From Octopus sinensis (lineage: Eukaryota): 64,000 bases of DNA. The notes beneath the pieces are model-generated. The model did not search any database and was not told the origin of the DNA. It saw nothing but the letters and a program-made list of their open reading frames with translations. Shown here in pieces: positions 11,361-24,027 of the stretch. The position numbers were made by a program, and so were the translations under genes. The stretch covers positions 8,184,001-8,248,000 of the forward strand of contig NC_043016.1 in NCBI RefSeq assembly GCF_006345805.1, written 5' to 3'. How positions within the stretch are numbered: position 1 is the stretch's first letter; each line of letters opens with the position of its first letter.

Positions 11361-11738
11361 TGTTTGTTTGTTTGTTGAGCAAAACGGTCTTCGTCCCATT
11401 AGTGGGAGAAGTCCGAAACGTTGGTCCTTTGCTATTCGTAAGACCCACGGAAGAGAAAGCAGGTCAACCCCCGACACTGAGAGCATCGACGGATGGATGA
11501 ATGTGCCTCTAGGCTCAGTGGTTGCGTAGGAAGTCGAGGATAAGAAACAAGAAGAAAGAGTGAGAGAAAGTTGGAGCGAAAGAGTACAACAGGGGTCGTC
11601 ACCACCCCTTGCCGGAGCCTCGTGGAGCTTTAGGTGTTTTCGCTTAATAAACACGCGCAACACCCGGTCTGGGAATTGAAACCGTGATCCTCTGACCGTG
11701 AGTCCGCTGCCCTAACCACTGGGCCTTTGCGCCTCCAC
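11361..11738 (-). mobile_element. tRNA-derived SINE, C head with alternative tail ending (AAAC)n
   Basis: Head GTGGAGGCGCAAAGGCCCAGTGGTTAGGGCAGCGGACTC. 13-bp TSD TGATGTTGCTGTT at 11348-11360 and 11739-11751. Confidence 0.88.
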
Positions 11739-12545
11739 TGATGTTGCTGTTATTTCTGGAAGTACATGTCCCTTACATTTGCCCAGGCTCAGTGAGACAG
11801 TATTTTTAGGATCTTGTACAAGTGCCTGATGGTGTAGACAAGCTTTCATATCATGACCGGAACTGTAGAAATTGAAGCTTGCCCCTTGCATCTCCTCTGG
11901 ATGGTCTGTAGTTGTACTCTGTGTAGAGTCTGTTATGATATGTGCATTGTGATGTTGTTTTGCATTCTTTGTTGTTTATTGTAGGTTGTTTTTAAAGATT
12001 ATGGGTCCATGTAGGGCGATCAGAGTTCATTGTGGATCTAATGTTTTGCTTATACACCAGTGTTTTTGCTTCTCCTTGTTGGCTAAATGTAGCGTCTGTG
12101 ATTATTCTAAATAGGCTTGTGCATCATTTTGCTTTCTTTACTGTGTCTTTCATGTGTTGTGAATATTGCAAAGGAGTTCTATGTAAATCCTTGGATCATT
12201 GTCTCCTTTGAATGTTGTTGTTGTTGTTGAGTGTGACAGTTTTGCTGTACTTGGTATTCTCTGACATTTTCTGATAATGCTGCTAAGAAGAAATTCGCTA
12301 AATTTGGTCAAGACTACATCAAATCAGTTGTCATGGAAATGTGTTTCTTAGAGACTTTGGCAAAAGTAAGAGTCGTTATAGATTATTAATTACAAAGGCG
12401 TAATGGATAAAATTACGTAGGTGTTACAAGCTGAGAACTCAAATGTGAAAATCTCAGACAACTTCAAGTTCTATATAGTGGAAATATCTATTTTTTGGAT
12501 ACTGTAAATGTGTGTGTGTTTTTTTTTAATTCCTTAAATAATATT

Positions 12546-13072
12546 TGTTTAAAATTTTGGCAGAAGGTCAACAATTTCAGGGAAGGGATTAAATTGATTA
12601 TCTTGACTCCAGTGCTCAACTGGTACTTAATTAATCGACCCCTGATGGATGAAAGCCAAAGTCAACTTCTGCAGAATTTGAACTCAGAACGTAAAGAGGG
12701 ACGAAATGTTGGTAAGCATTTTGTCTGGCATGCTAATGATACTGTTGGCTGACTGCCTTAATTCTTTAAATAATATTAACTAAAATATATTTGATGGTCA
12801 TATGTGTATCGACTGCTGATGTTACCAAAGTTTTCTATTGGGATTCTTTAAATAATATTGGTTTCCAATGTTGACAGAAGGCCAGCAATTTTGGGGAAGG
12901 GGTCAAGTCAATTACCTTGATTCCAGTGCTCAACTGGTACTTTTTTAATCACCCCTAAAAGGATGAAAGGCAAAGTCAACCCTGGCACCATTTCAACTCA
13001 GAACATAAAGACTGACGTAATGCCGCTAAGCATTTTCCCCGGCATGCTAACGGTTCTGCCAGCTTGCTGCCT
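12546..13072 (-). mobile_element. Two diverged SINE B copies (alternative tail) in an old tandem duplication
   Basis: Copies at about 12546-12758 and 12860-13072, each bounded by ATTCTTTAAATAATATT-like repeats and sharing flanking sequence. Confidence 0.75.
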
Positions 13073-13115
13073 TAATTCTTTAAAAACTATTAAATAAAAT
13101 ATATTTGATGGTTAT

Positions 13116-13500
13116 GAGTGGCTGTGTGGTAAGTAGCTTGCTTACCAACCACATGGTTCTGGGTTCAGTCCTACTTCATAGCACCTTGGGCAAGTGCCTT
13201 CTTCTATAGCGGTCAGGTTGATCAAACCCTTGTGAGTGGATTTGGTAGATGGAAACTGAAAGAAGCCCATCGTATGTATGTGTGTTTGTGTATTTGTGTT
13301 TGCCCCACCACCCTCACCACCATAGCTTGACAACCGATGTTGGTGTGTTTATGTCCCTGTAACTTGGCAGTTCAGCATTCAGCAAAAGAGCCTGATATAA
13401 TTAGCACTAAGCTTACAAAGAATAATTCCTCGGGCTGATTTGTTCGTCTAGAAGCAGTGCTCCAGCATGGCTGTAGTCAAATGACTGAAACAAATAAAAA
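13116..13500 (+). mobile_element. SINE family A
   Basis: Full copy with head, core, microsatellite and tail. Confidence 0.88.
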
Positions 13501-13758
13501 AGGAATATGAGTATTAACTGGTTATGCTTGTCTTTTTTTTTTGTCTGGTGATATTACCAAACTTTTTTTTTATTGGAATTATTACTAACAACACCGTTAT
13601 CTAAACACAGCGAGAAAATAGATTACACACACACACACACACATACACAAATACAGAGGTGCTTACCAAAATGCATGTGATTCTCAGATATGGCTAAAGT
13701 AAACTGCACCCATAATAACCATTTTAGTGTACAAATATTTCACGAAGTACTGTATTAC

Positions 13759-13895
13759 TTTTTCTCTGTGACAGCAATCGTTTGGTGTCTTATACCGCCA
13801 GCTTTAAGCCAGGTGTTAAGAGTACAAGTTTTCTTCCGACTGCAAGCAAGCCAAGTCGGCTTGCCAGCCAACAAGGAAGCTGTAGCTAGTTGAAC
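13759..13895 (-). other. Candidate exon (unverified)
   Basis: Strong minus-strand acceptor ctctctctgtctcatgctgcttcttttcacag|G in unique sequence. Possible donors give exon ends at 13796, 13759 or 13667 (TTG|GTAAGC). Confidence 0.3.
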
Positions 13896-14626
13896 CTGTG
13901 AAAAGAAGCAGCATGAGACAGAGAGAGATTGGCTGTGTGAATTTAGGGACCTCATAGTACAGTAGCAGTGCCAAGTTGTTGTAAGGTGGTGGTGGTGGTG
14001 ATGGCAGCGATGGTGACTTAAAACTGACTGACTATAGAGTGTAAAAGAAAAAAAAAAAAGAACTGAATGAGGAATTCACAGCTGATGATGAGGCTGTTTT
14101 ATAAAATGTCTACTAAACTGTATATTGTTTTGTTTTTGTTTTTGTTTTGTGTGTGTGCATGTGTGTGTGTGTTTGTGTGTGTGTTTTGCAACGTGGCTGC
14201 AACTGTTATAAGAAAGATTTAATTCCTTCATGCAGTTTGGTAGATACCATAACCCATAAACGTTAATTGCCACCACAACCACCACCACTGCCATCATCAT
14301 TATTGGTGTTCACCCCCCACCCCCACCACCTCACCCCACCTCCCATATAATTTGTTCATTAAAGTTTCAGTTTGTAAACTATTCAATAATAATTTTGTTC
14401 AAACGAGTTCAGTCCATTTGTGAATTCTGCTATCATTCTTCTGATTTTTTTTTTTTTTTTTTTTTTTTGCAGCAATTAATTCAGGAAAAAAAAAAAAAAA
14501 GTGTAAATAAATTGCTGCATCATTGTTATCATTATGAAATGTTAACATGCATACAAACAAATGTATTAACCAACCCTCCTCCTGATGAAATCACACATGC
14601 TTATCTATCTATCTATCTATGTATAT

Positions 14627-15116
14627 ATAGAAGAGGAAAAATTATAATAAGGCAGAATGCTGAATTGAAAGAAAATTTTAATAAAAATGGGTGTATGAAA
14701 AATTAGAAAAGAAAGAATAATAATAAATCAAACCGGCTTTCATAGCAAGGCAAATTTTCAAGATTTGGAAGGGAAAAAATTTTTTTTTTAAATTGAGGAA
14801 GGGGAAAAAAGAAACTTACAATGTTTTTTTCAAAAAAATAATAATACATACATATAAAAATTAATAAATAAACATACCAATACATTGTAGTGTCTTATGC
14901 TTTTAGAGTTCAATATTTGTCCTCAGAAAAACTTCTTTGGAGGATTAGGAGTTATGTGTTTAAGTCTAGTGACACTTCCAAATCTTGAAAATTTGCCTTG
15001 CTATGAAAGCCGGTTTGATTTTTAATTTTTAATTTTTTTATTTTTCATGCACCCATTTTTATTAAAATTTTCTTTCAATTTAGCATTCAGCCTTATTATA
15101 ATTTTTCCTCTCCTAT
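14627..15116. repeat. Long inverted repeat (~145-bp arms, ~200-bp spacer), possibly Penelope-derived
   Basis: 14627-14771 is the reverse complement of 14975-15116, and the inner 47 bp match perfectly. Confidence 0.85.
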
Positions 15117-15161
15117 CATTTCTCCACGTGCTGTTAGCACAACCCCACCATTTACTGACTT

Positions 15162-15199
<38 letters not shown>

Positions 15200-15484
15200 A
15201 ATAAGATAAAAAATTAAGAACAAACAAAAAAAAAACAACAGTGTGAGTATGTGATACATGTAAAATATTAGCAGATGCTCAGGGAAGGAAGGAAAGGTGG
15301 TTTTACGTTTTGAGCAAAAGTCTTCTTCAGAAACAGAGGAAAGTCAAAAATATCACCAACAATTAACATATAGTTGCATATATATATATGTATATATAAA
15401 CACACATACATAGATACATACATACATACATATATATATATATATACACATATATATATACATACATATATACATATATATATA

Positions 15485-15775
15485 TCATCATCATCATCAT
15501 TTAGCGTCCGCTTTCCGTGCTAGCATGGGTTGGACGGTTCAACTGGGGTCTGTGAAGCCAGAAGGCTTCATCAGGCCCAGTCAGATCTGGCAGTGTTTCT
15601 ACGACTGGATGCCCTTCCTAACGCCAACCACTCCGTGAGTGTAGTGGGTGCTTTTTATGTGCCACCCGCACAGGTGCCAGACGGAGCTGGCAAACGGCCA
15701 CGGACGGATGGTGCTTTTTATGTGCCACCGGCACGGGGGCCAGGCGAGGCTGGCAACGGCCACGAACGGATGGTG

Positions 15776-15778
<3 letters not shown>
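15485..15778 (-). mobile_element. Family E repeat
   Basis: Same (ATG)n tail and gtgccaccNgcac subrepeats as 2935-3400; sits in (TA)n. Confidence 0.8.
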
Positions 15779-15811
<33 letters not shown>

Positions 15812-15910
15812 CACTTTCAAGAACCTTTCTCACACACCAAGTTGTTGAAGTATGGAATAAGCTACCTGTATTAGGTGTTAGCTATCACGACACTGCAAAA
15901 TTGTTATTCT

Positions 15911-16346
15911 TTAACTCTTTACCCATTTTAATTCCAAACTGGCAAGGTCTTGCCTCTCACACATATCCTACGATATCATTCTGAAAAACTTCCAGTCATA
16001 CTGTTGAAATATTCAAGCTATGAGATAATGCATGATTAATTAAAAGCAATGTGAATAAATAAGCAATACACTTGACAGAGTAATTTGAATTATTTCTTTA
16101 CTACCCACAAGGGGCTAAACATAGAGGGGACAAACAAGGACAGGCAAAGGGGTTAAGTCGATTACATCGACCCCAGTGCGAAACTGGTACTTTATTTGTC
16201 GACCCCGAAAGGATAAAAGGCAAAGTCAACCTCGGCGGAATTTGAACTCAGAACATAACGACAGACGAAATACTGCTAAGCATTTCGTCCGGTTCACTAA
16301 CGTTTCTGCCATCTCGCCACAGAGTAATTCGAATGCTAAAAGTTAA
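15911..16346. mobile_element. piggyBac-like MITE family G (degenerate), interrupted by SINE B
   Basis: Homologous to 18323-18549 and 37677-37903, with TTAA at the ends. Confidence 0.65.
16091..16318 (-). mobile_element. SINE family B
   Basis: 16-bp TSD ACAGAGTAATTTGAAT (16075-16090) / ACAGAGTAATTCGAAT (16319-16334). Confidence 0.9.
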
Positions 16347-16521
16347 GGTCAGCCTAACTGTGTCTCTGTCTTTGACTGTACATGCATGTACACACACACA
16401 CACACACACACACAGTCCATGCCACCAACCGATTCCATTCATTGTTTGGATCATGCTGTGAATTGTCCTCAGTTATATTGCTGCATAATCAACTTTCTGC
16501 CAAAATGTCTTTGAGGTTTAT

Positions 16522-16960
16522 TATTCTTTTATTCTTCCACTTGTTTCGGTCATTTGACTGTGGCCATGCTGGAACACCACCTTGAAGGGGTTTAGTCAAA
16601 CAAACCGAGCCCAGGACCTTATTTCTGAAGCCTAGTACTTATTCTATCAGTCTCCTTTACTGAACTGCTAAGTTACAGAGGACATAAACACACCAACACC
16701 AATTGTCAAGCAGTCATGGCAGGTAGGGGGGGACAAATGCAGACATAAAGATACACACACATGAGATGCACCTTTCAGTTTTGGTAGGAGTATGGTACAC
16801 AATGGACTTCTTTCAGTTTGCATCTGCCAAATCCTACTTGCAAGGCTTTGATCAACCTGAGGCTATATATAATAGAAGACATTTTGCCCCAGGTGCCGTG
16901 CAGTGGGACTGAACCTGGAACCATCGGGCTGGGAAGCGAGCTTCTTAGCATACAGCTATG
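16522..16960 (-). mobile_element. SINE family A (diverged)
   Basis: Tail, core and head all recognisable. Confidence 0.8.
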
Positions 16961-17066
16961 CCCTTTGCCTGCTTACAATTATTTAGAATTTTTCATTTTT
17001 ATTTATTTTTATTTTATTTTTTTCCTTCCCCTCTCCCCTTTGAGAAAAAAATTCTGTAAATGTAAT

Positions 17067-17520
17067 TTAACCCTTTAGTGTTCAGATTATTCTGTCAAAT
17101 GTGATGTTTGTTTATTTAAAATGGTTTGAATTAATCCTGCATTATCTTGTAGTTTAGAGATTTCAGTGATGTGATGTTTTTAGTTTTAGAATGACATGGT
17201 AGGGCTTAGGCGAGAGGCGAGATCTGGTCAGTTTCAGTATAAAACAGGTTAACACTTTTGTTACTGTATTTATTTTGAGATGCTCTGTGTGTCTTTCAAT
17301 CCCTTCAAATATGACAAAGAATTTAGTAAAATAACTTGGTTATCATTAAGCTAGTGTTAGGAACATAAATTGTGACTAAGGCTTGGTGGAAGATTTTAAT
17401 TCAAAACTTATGAAAACAAGACATTTGTACTACAGAGCCAGAGCCAGTTTCAGCTGGGTTGGCAATGAAAGGGTTAAATATTCTGGCCGGATATGGCCGG
17501 TTTGAATGCTAAAGGGTTAA
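17067..17520. mobile_element. piggyBac-like MITE family G with nested family F MITE (about 17248-17477)
   Basis: Ends TTAA|CCCTTTAG...CTAAAGGG|TTAA. The inner element is bounded by TTAA and homologous to the units at 57290-57995. Confidence 0.8.
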
Positions 17521-18322
17521 AGCCCGAAATATTAAACTTTACTCTATCAAAAGAGAATCTTTTGCAATAATTATTCATGGTTTTATCATTCCCCGATCTG
17601 CTCGTGAGCTCCATTCCTCCATCATCGCCATAAGCATCACCCCTCCCATATACATATTATAAAACCAAATGTTCCGAGTTGATGTTGGATTACTATTTAA
17701 TCCTTCTATGACTGGCCATTTGTTTCAATAATTTTCAGTGATATACTCCAGCTGACACAGGAGCTCAGCACCCAGCACTGTGACTCACCGGATCCTGTTA
17801 AACCATCCAACCCGTGCCTGCATGGAAAAGGGGCATTAAATTACGATGATTATGATATTGTATTTTCCAGCATCAAGGATACCCCAACTTGAAAGAGACA
17901 CTCCAATTTTGGCATGGACAAATTTTTTGCAACAGAGCCAAACATAAATAACAAGGTGTTATTTAAAACAGTCATTTAAAACAAATGTTTTAAATGACTG
18001 TCACTACCATGAAAGTGTTGTCTTTCATTTCCAATCTTCCATCAAAACATGTCTGACCTTGGAGGAAATATTTCTCCTAACTTGCAATCAGTTAATGACT
18101 GGAAGGACACCTGACTGTATGAAATCGGCCTCAACCAAATACCATCTCACCCATGTTTGCAGGCATGGGAAAAAGCGGATATTAAAACAATAATGATGAT
18201 AGCATTTTCGTTGACAGTTTTGTGTATGCGTGTGTGTCCCACCACTGCTTGCTATTGTGTTGGTTTGTTTACATCCCTATAACAGTAGTTCAATAAAGGA
18301 AACTGATAGAATAAGTACCTGA

Positions 18323-18549
18323 TTTAACCCTTTGGCATTTAAACTGGCCATATCCAGCACAAATATTATACCTCTCTGACGTGTAAAGTGACCAGAACTG
18401 GCCTCTCACACTTATCCTACAATGTCATTCTAAAAATAAACATTTGCATCATTGAAATCTCAAAAATATGAGATAAAATATGGTTAATTCAAAACAATGT
18501 GAATAAAAAAGCATTACATTTGACAATAATCTGAGAGCTACGGGGTTAA
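18323..18549. mobile_element. piggyBac-like MITE family G inserted in a SINE A tail
   Basis: TTAACCCTTTGGCATTTAAAC...GGGGTTAA, with SINE A tail sequence continuing on both sides. Confidence 0.75.
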
Positions 18550-19047
18550 AGAAAAAAAGTACTGTCACTGATTTGTTCAACTGAAACCATAGAGGGTGAT
18601 CTCCCAGCATGGCCATAGTCCAATGACTGAGACATGTAAAAGATAAGGGATATAAAAAATTTTTCAATTTGAATGAGGATTTAATTTAAATATGGACACA
18701 TTAATACTAGAGATTTTAGGTGGATTGGTATCAAAAGTGTTAAAGAGGATATTTTTAATCTCCACTTTTTTTAAAAACTTTTTTTCTCTCTCATAACCAA
18801 AACTGGTAAAAAGAAAAAAAAAAGAATTTTTCTTCTAAAATTTTTGTTATGTAAATCAATGTATTCTATTACCAACAAGTCGTAATTCTTTTAGGTTCTC
18901 ATGCCATACCAACAGCACTTTGGTGTAATATTAGTTCAGTTGTTCTTTGTTTAGCAATATCTTTTTTACACACATGCACTCACTAGTACAATGTTTAGTG
19001 AAAACAAAGAATCCCACACACATATGTATGAACATATCTATGTATCA

Positions 19048-19220
19048 GTATGTATGTATGTATGTATGTATGTATGTATGTATGTATGTATGTATGTATG
19101 TATGTATGTATGTATGTATGTATGTATGTATGTATGTATGTATGTATGTATGTATGTATGTATGTATGTATGTATGTATGTATGTATGTATGTATGTATG
19201 TATGTATGTATGTATGTATG
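19048..19220. repeat. Perfect (TATG)n microsatellite
   Basis: Uninterrupted tetranucleotide run; TATGTATGAACATATCTATGTATCAG is duplicated on either side. Confidence 0.98.
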
Positions 19221-19438
19221 AACATATCTATGTATCAGCATGTATGTGTGTGTGTGTGTGTGTATATAAATGTGTGTGTGTGTGTGTACTGCATCATTTA
19301 ATATGTTTCCATGCTGGCATGATTGGACATCATCATCACACACACATTCTCCCCACTCTCTCTCTCATATATGTGTGTTTACTAATATATGTGTGTGTGT
19401 GTGTATGTGTGTGTTTGCATATATATGCATATACACAC

Positions 19439-19472
<34 letters not shown>

Positions 19473-20926
19473 GTGTGTATATGCATATATATGTATGTAT
19501 GCACACCACAGTAATAATGCTTCCACTATAGATACTACAGATAGGAACCCAAAAACAGTATAAAGCAAATTGGATTACAAATGGAATCCACTCTGCCCAG
19601 ACAATCAATCATAGCGTTCAGAATGTATGCAATTCTTGAATTAATTCTTGTAATAGAAACTTCAATTTTATACATAAAAAGACTTTCCTATGTTAATTAG
19701 TCATGAATTCCATTGTTAGGTCTTCAATTAAAACAAGGAGGAGAAAGAGAGAGAGAGAGAGTCTTGGAATTCCTTGGTAAATGTGTTTGCCACTCCTGAT
19801 TCTATATCTAGCAATTTCAAAGCTAGCTAGATGCTGCTACCAAACATTCTAACTTCCTAGTTTCTTCACCATAATATACTTAACATGGGACTCCTGTTAA
19901 ATGTCACTTTTAGGTCATCAAAGAGCAGAATATAGTTTGATGAAATTTTTTTTTTTTTAACTTACCAATAATGCTTCCATTTATTTCACTTTTTTTTTGT
20001 CTTTTTAACGAATGAACATTAACAATCTTTATTTATAATTGTATAAGAAAAATAAAGTAATTTCTAGAATTTTCTTTATTATTATTATTATTATTATCAT
20101 TATTATTATTATTTTGTTATTGTTATTTTGAATTTATTTATTTATTTATTTATGTAGAGCTAATTAGTACTCTCAGAAAAGTTCCAAGGATATTTCCACA
20201 ACCAAACCTGTTCTGTTTGCTGCTCCTTTTAGTGGACTTTATTTATTCATTTATTTATTTATTCTTAAATTATATTTTTCTTCCACAAAAGTGTTTGCAC
20301 ATTGCCGCTAATTAGCAAAACTTAATGTTATATAAGAACATTTTTATATAATGATTTTGGTTTTATTCAGTTTATTATTATTATTATTATTTCTTAATTT
20401 ACGTTTTTTTTTTTTCCTTATCTTTTTAAAAGTTTAAAAAGCAATGTGTAAATGGATGTGACATTATATTTTTGTATTCACATTTTTAGCTTTGAGTCTA
20501 AAATCTTCTTTTTTTTAGTCTTCCACATCATGACAACATTTTCTTCCATTTGGTTCACTGTTGTCAGTTAATGTTTCTGTAATAGTTTTTCAGGTTCACT
20601 AGATGCTCTGTTCATTGTTTATGTTTTTTTTTTTGTTGTGTGTGTGTGTGCACAGTTTACTAAGTACTGTGTTCACAGCTTATGTGGCTTCTTTTTGAAA
20701 TGGCAGATATTATATTCCTTGTTAAGTGTTAATGTGTTTTACTGCTAAATGACTTTTTTTCTGCCCCCTTATCATCCATTTTGGTGCTGTTACCTATTGT
20801 TTGCCTACTGCTGTGTTTGCCACTTTATATTATTATTATTATTATTATTATTATGATTATTATTATTGTTGTTGTTCCTGATGTTAGCAGTTCATATCCT
20901 GGTAATGATTGTCCAAAACCTAGATA

Positions 20927-21318
20927 CTCTTTTACTCTTTTACTTGTTTCAGTCATTTGACTGCGGCCATGCTGGAGCACCGCCTTTAATCGAGCAACTC
21001 GACCCCGGGACTTATTCTTTGTAAGCCCAGTACTTATTCTATCGGTCTCTTTGCCGAACCGCTAAGTAACGGGGACATAAACACACCAGCATCGGTTGTC
21101 AAGCAATGCTAGGGGGACAAACACACACACGCATATATATATATATATACATATATACGACGGGCTTCTTTCAGTTTCCGTCAACCAAATCCACTCACAA
21201 GGCTTTGGTCGGCCTGAGGCTATAGAGAAGACACTTGCCCAAGGTGCCACGCAGTGGGACTGAACCCGGAACCATGTGATTGGTAAACAAGCTACTTACC
21301 ACACAGCCACTCCTGTGC
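20927..21318 (-). mobile_element. SINE family A
   Basis: Near-consensus copy flanked by CCTAGATACT / CCTATATACT. Confidence 0.9.
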
Positions 21319-21954
21319 CTATATACTGCAAATTTCACTAGGAAATGATTTAGTTTGAAGCATTCAACTTCTTGAGTGTAGCAAAAATCTGGGTAAGCTA
21401 TTCCAGTTCTTGATCACAGCCTGGAGTCCATTAATGGGTTCTGTCTACTTTGGAGTTAGGTTGTGATTTGAGGCACATAAGACCTCAGCACAATCTCTCC
21501 AACCAGCTTTGTTTTCTACAATTGTTCTGGTCTCATTCCAGTTACTCTGCCCTACTTGTCTCCTTTTTTGTCAATGGTCTTTTGCCATATATGGTTGTAG
21601 GGTGCCCTGTTGCTCTTTTCCCTTCAGTCTATCATTTTAGTGCCACCATATAATTGCCTTGGAATTATGGTCCTAAAAATTGAAAGAAACTTTAAGGTGT
21701 AGAATGTGAGGTCAAACTAAAACCTAGAAATCCTAGAATAGCCTAGGACAAATCACAATGATGATCTGGCAACACCTGTGCTAATAATTGGTTGTTCTCT
21801 TTTTTTCAAATTTGGTCTGCATTAATCTTACATAAAAAGCACCATCCGAACGTGGCTGATGCTAGCGCCACCTGACTGGCATCTATGTCGGTGACACTTC
21901 TGTGTTTTAATTAAGAATCCTGCATTCATGTGATAATGGTATAATTCCTTGCTA

Positions 21955-22440
21955 AATGTCACATGTCATTACATTCCTGTCACAAGTCACATTTTCTTGT
22001 CACACATCACAGCATTCTTGTCACATGCTGCAACATTATCCTGTCACACATCACAACATTCTCCTGTCACACGCTACAATGTTCTCTCGTCACGTATCAC
22101 AGCATTCTTGTCACATGCTGCAGCATTATCCTGTCATACGTCACAGGATTCTCCTGTCACATGTCACAATATTACTCTGTCACACATCACAGCATCCTCT
22201 CATCACACACATTCTCTTGTTGCACATTTTCTTGTTATCTGTCACAACATGCTCGTCACAACATCCTCTTAGGATTTTGGCATTCTCCTGTCACACCACA
22301 GTATTCTCCTGTCACCTGTCACATGCTTCGGTCACATCACAACATTATTAGTTCTCCTGACGCATCACAGTATTTCCCCTGTTGCACATCACAACATTCT
22401 CTTGTAATGTGCAACAGCACCACCATGTCACAATGTCACA
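21955..22440. repeat. Degenerate ~22-bp minisatellite built on TGTCACA
   Basis: Recurrent ctcctgtcacacatcacagcatt-like units. Confidence 0.85.
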
Positions 22441-23683
22441 TTTTTTTCACACTGCCACCTTGAGTACATTTGTCTCCCTCATCCCCCCCCCCCCACCCTT
22501 CAAACTCCCACCCTTCAAAACCCCACTCACCTCCTCACTCTTAGCTAATTCTACAGCCAGTGATGTTCACTCACTGTCACATGTCGCTCTGTCCTATACT
22601 TGTTCTGTTTCTTTTCTTTTTTTTCTCTTTTTTCATTGATATTAGCCAACATCAATGTAATTACATTAACCAACACCCCCCAACCCTGCCTCACCCTTCC
22701 CCAACACCCCACTGCTCATCCTTTTACTGTTCCTCTATTGAAAGTGTCTTCAATTGACATTGCTCAGAGATTAATGTAAAGTAGATAAGATTAGCCAAAG
22801 TTTATTAATACTTTAATCTTATCTCATAGCTGACTAAAACCCATAATATTATCATTTCGCATAAATATTTGCTCTTTGTTGAGGTTCTTTTTTTTTCCTC
22901 TCCCCACATTTTTCTTTTTTTTTTTTTACATTTTATGTTTTAATCTACACTCTTCTGTGGGGATTTTCTTACGACGACGTTAAATGAACCATAACGTTTT
23001 TGCTGTTTTTTTTTATAAAGCAATGCTTTATAAAATACAGGAATCTAAAACAGAATACTTTGAAGTTTGAGTTCTTTATAGACACAGCTTTCCCGTTCGC
23101 CTTAGGATTTTTAGCGATTGTCTAAGACTGCTGAACAAAATTAACAAAGTACTCTGTGTGTGTATGTTTGTGTGTGCTTATGTATGTATTAATATGTATG
23201 TGTGTGTATATTTATATGCGTGTGTGTATACATACATATATATTCTACCAAATATATACGTTTTTATTATTATTTTGCAATTTATTTAATCATCGGTATA
23301 TTATCGTTATTTTATTTTTAATATTTCTGTTATATGTAATTTTCTAGATGGTGTAATTTAATTGTTCATTTTGAATTGATAAAAGGTGGTTTTTTCTAAT
23401 TTTTATATATATATATTATATTTTGTGAAATTTGATTTAGTATTTCTAAATTGAATTTTTCCCTGTAAGTTAGGAATAATATTCCGTCAAATAATTATTA
23501 TATATATATATATATATATAGGCATTAGTATATAGACATGTACATGCACATACACAGGATGTGTGTGTAAATGTCTTGAAAAATTAATGACCATTTCTTT
23601 TAATTATACCATTGGCAAAGTCATTTAACCAAAGTTAGGTTAACATTACTGTCATTTATTATTATTATTATTATTATTATTAG

Positions 23684-24027
23684 CGCATGGCTCAGTGGTT
23701 AGAGCGTCGAGCTTACGACCATGAGGTTGTGAGCTCGAATCCCGGACCGGGCTGCGTGTTGTGTTCTTGAGCAAGGCACTTTATTTCACGTTGCTCCAGT
23801 TCACTCAACTGTAGAAATGAGTTGCAACGTCACAGGTGCCAAGCTGTATTGGCCTTTGCCTTTCCCTTGGATAACACTGGTGGCGTGGAGAGGGGAGGCC
23901 GGTATGCATGGCTGGTCTTCCATAAACTGGTCTTCCATAAACAACCTTGCCCGGACTTGTATCTAGGAGGGTAACTTTCTAGGTGCAATCCCATGGTCAT
24001 TCATGACCGAAGGGGGTCTTTACCCTC
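23684..24027 (+). mobile_element. tRNA-derived SINE family D
   Basis: TGGCTCAGTGG A-box-like and GCTCGAATCCC B-box-like motifs, GTGTTCTTGAGCAAGGCACTT core. Second copy at 25172-25510. Confidence 0.88.

Noticed and set aside
18947-19531. ORFs with YVCM / HTYI repeats and similar YIYI, VCVC ORFs throughout
   Set aside because: Microsatellite read-through.
20907-20918. TGATTGTCCAAA matching the start of miR-219
   Set aside because: The match stops after 12 nt and no precursor hairpin is evident.
23684-23760. tRNA genes at SINE heads (also 31316, 60113, 62863)
   Set aside because: A/B boxes are present but there is no complete cloverleaf or acceptor stem. Each continues into a SINE body, several with TSDs.
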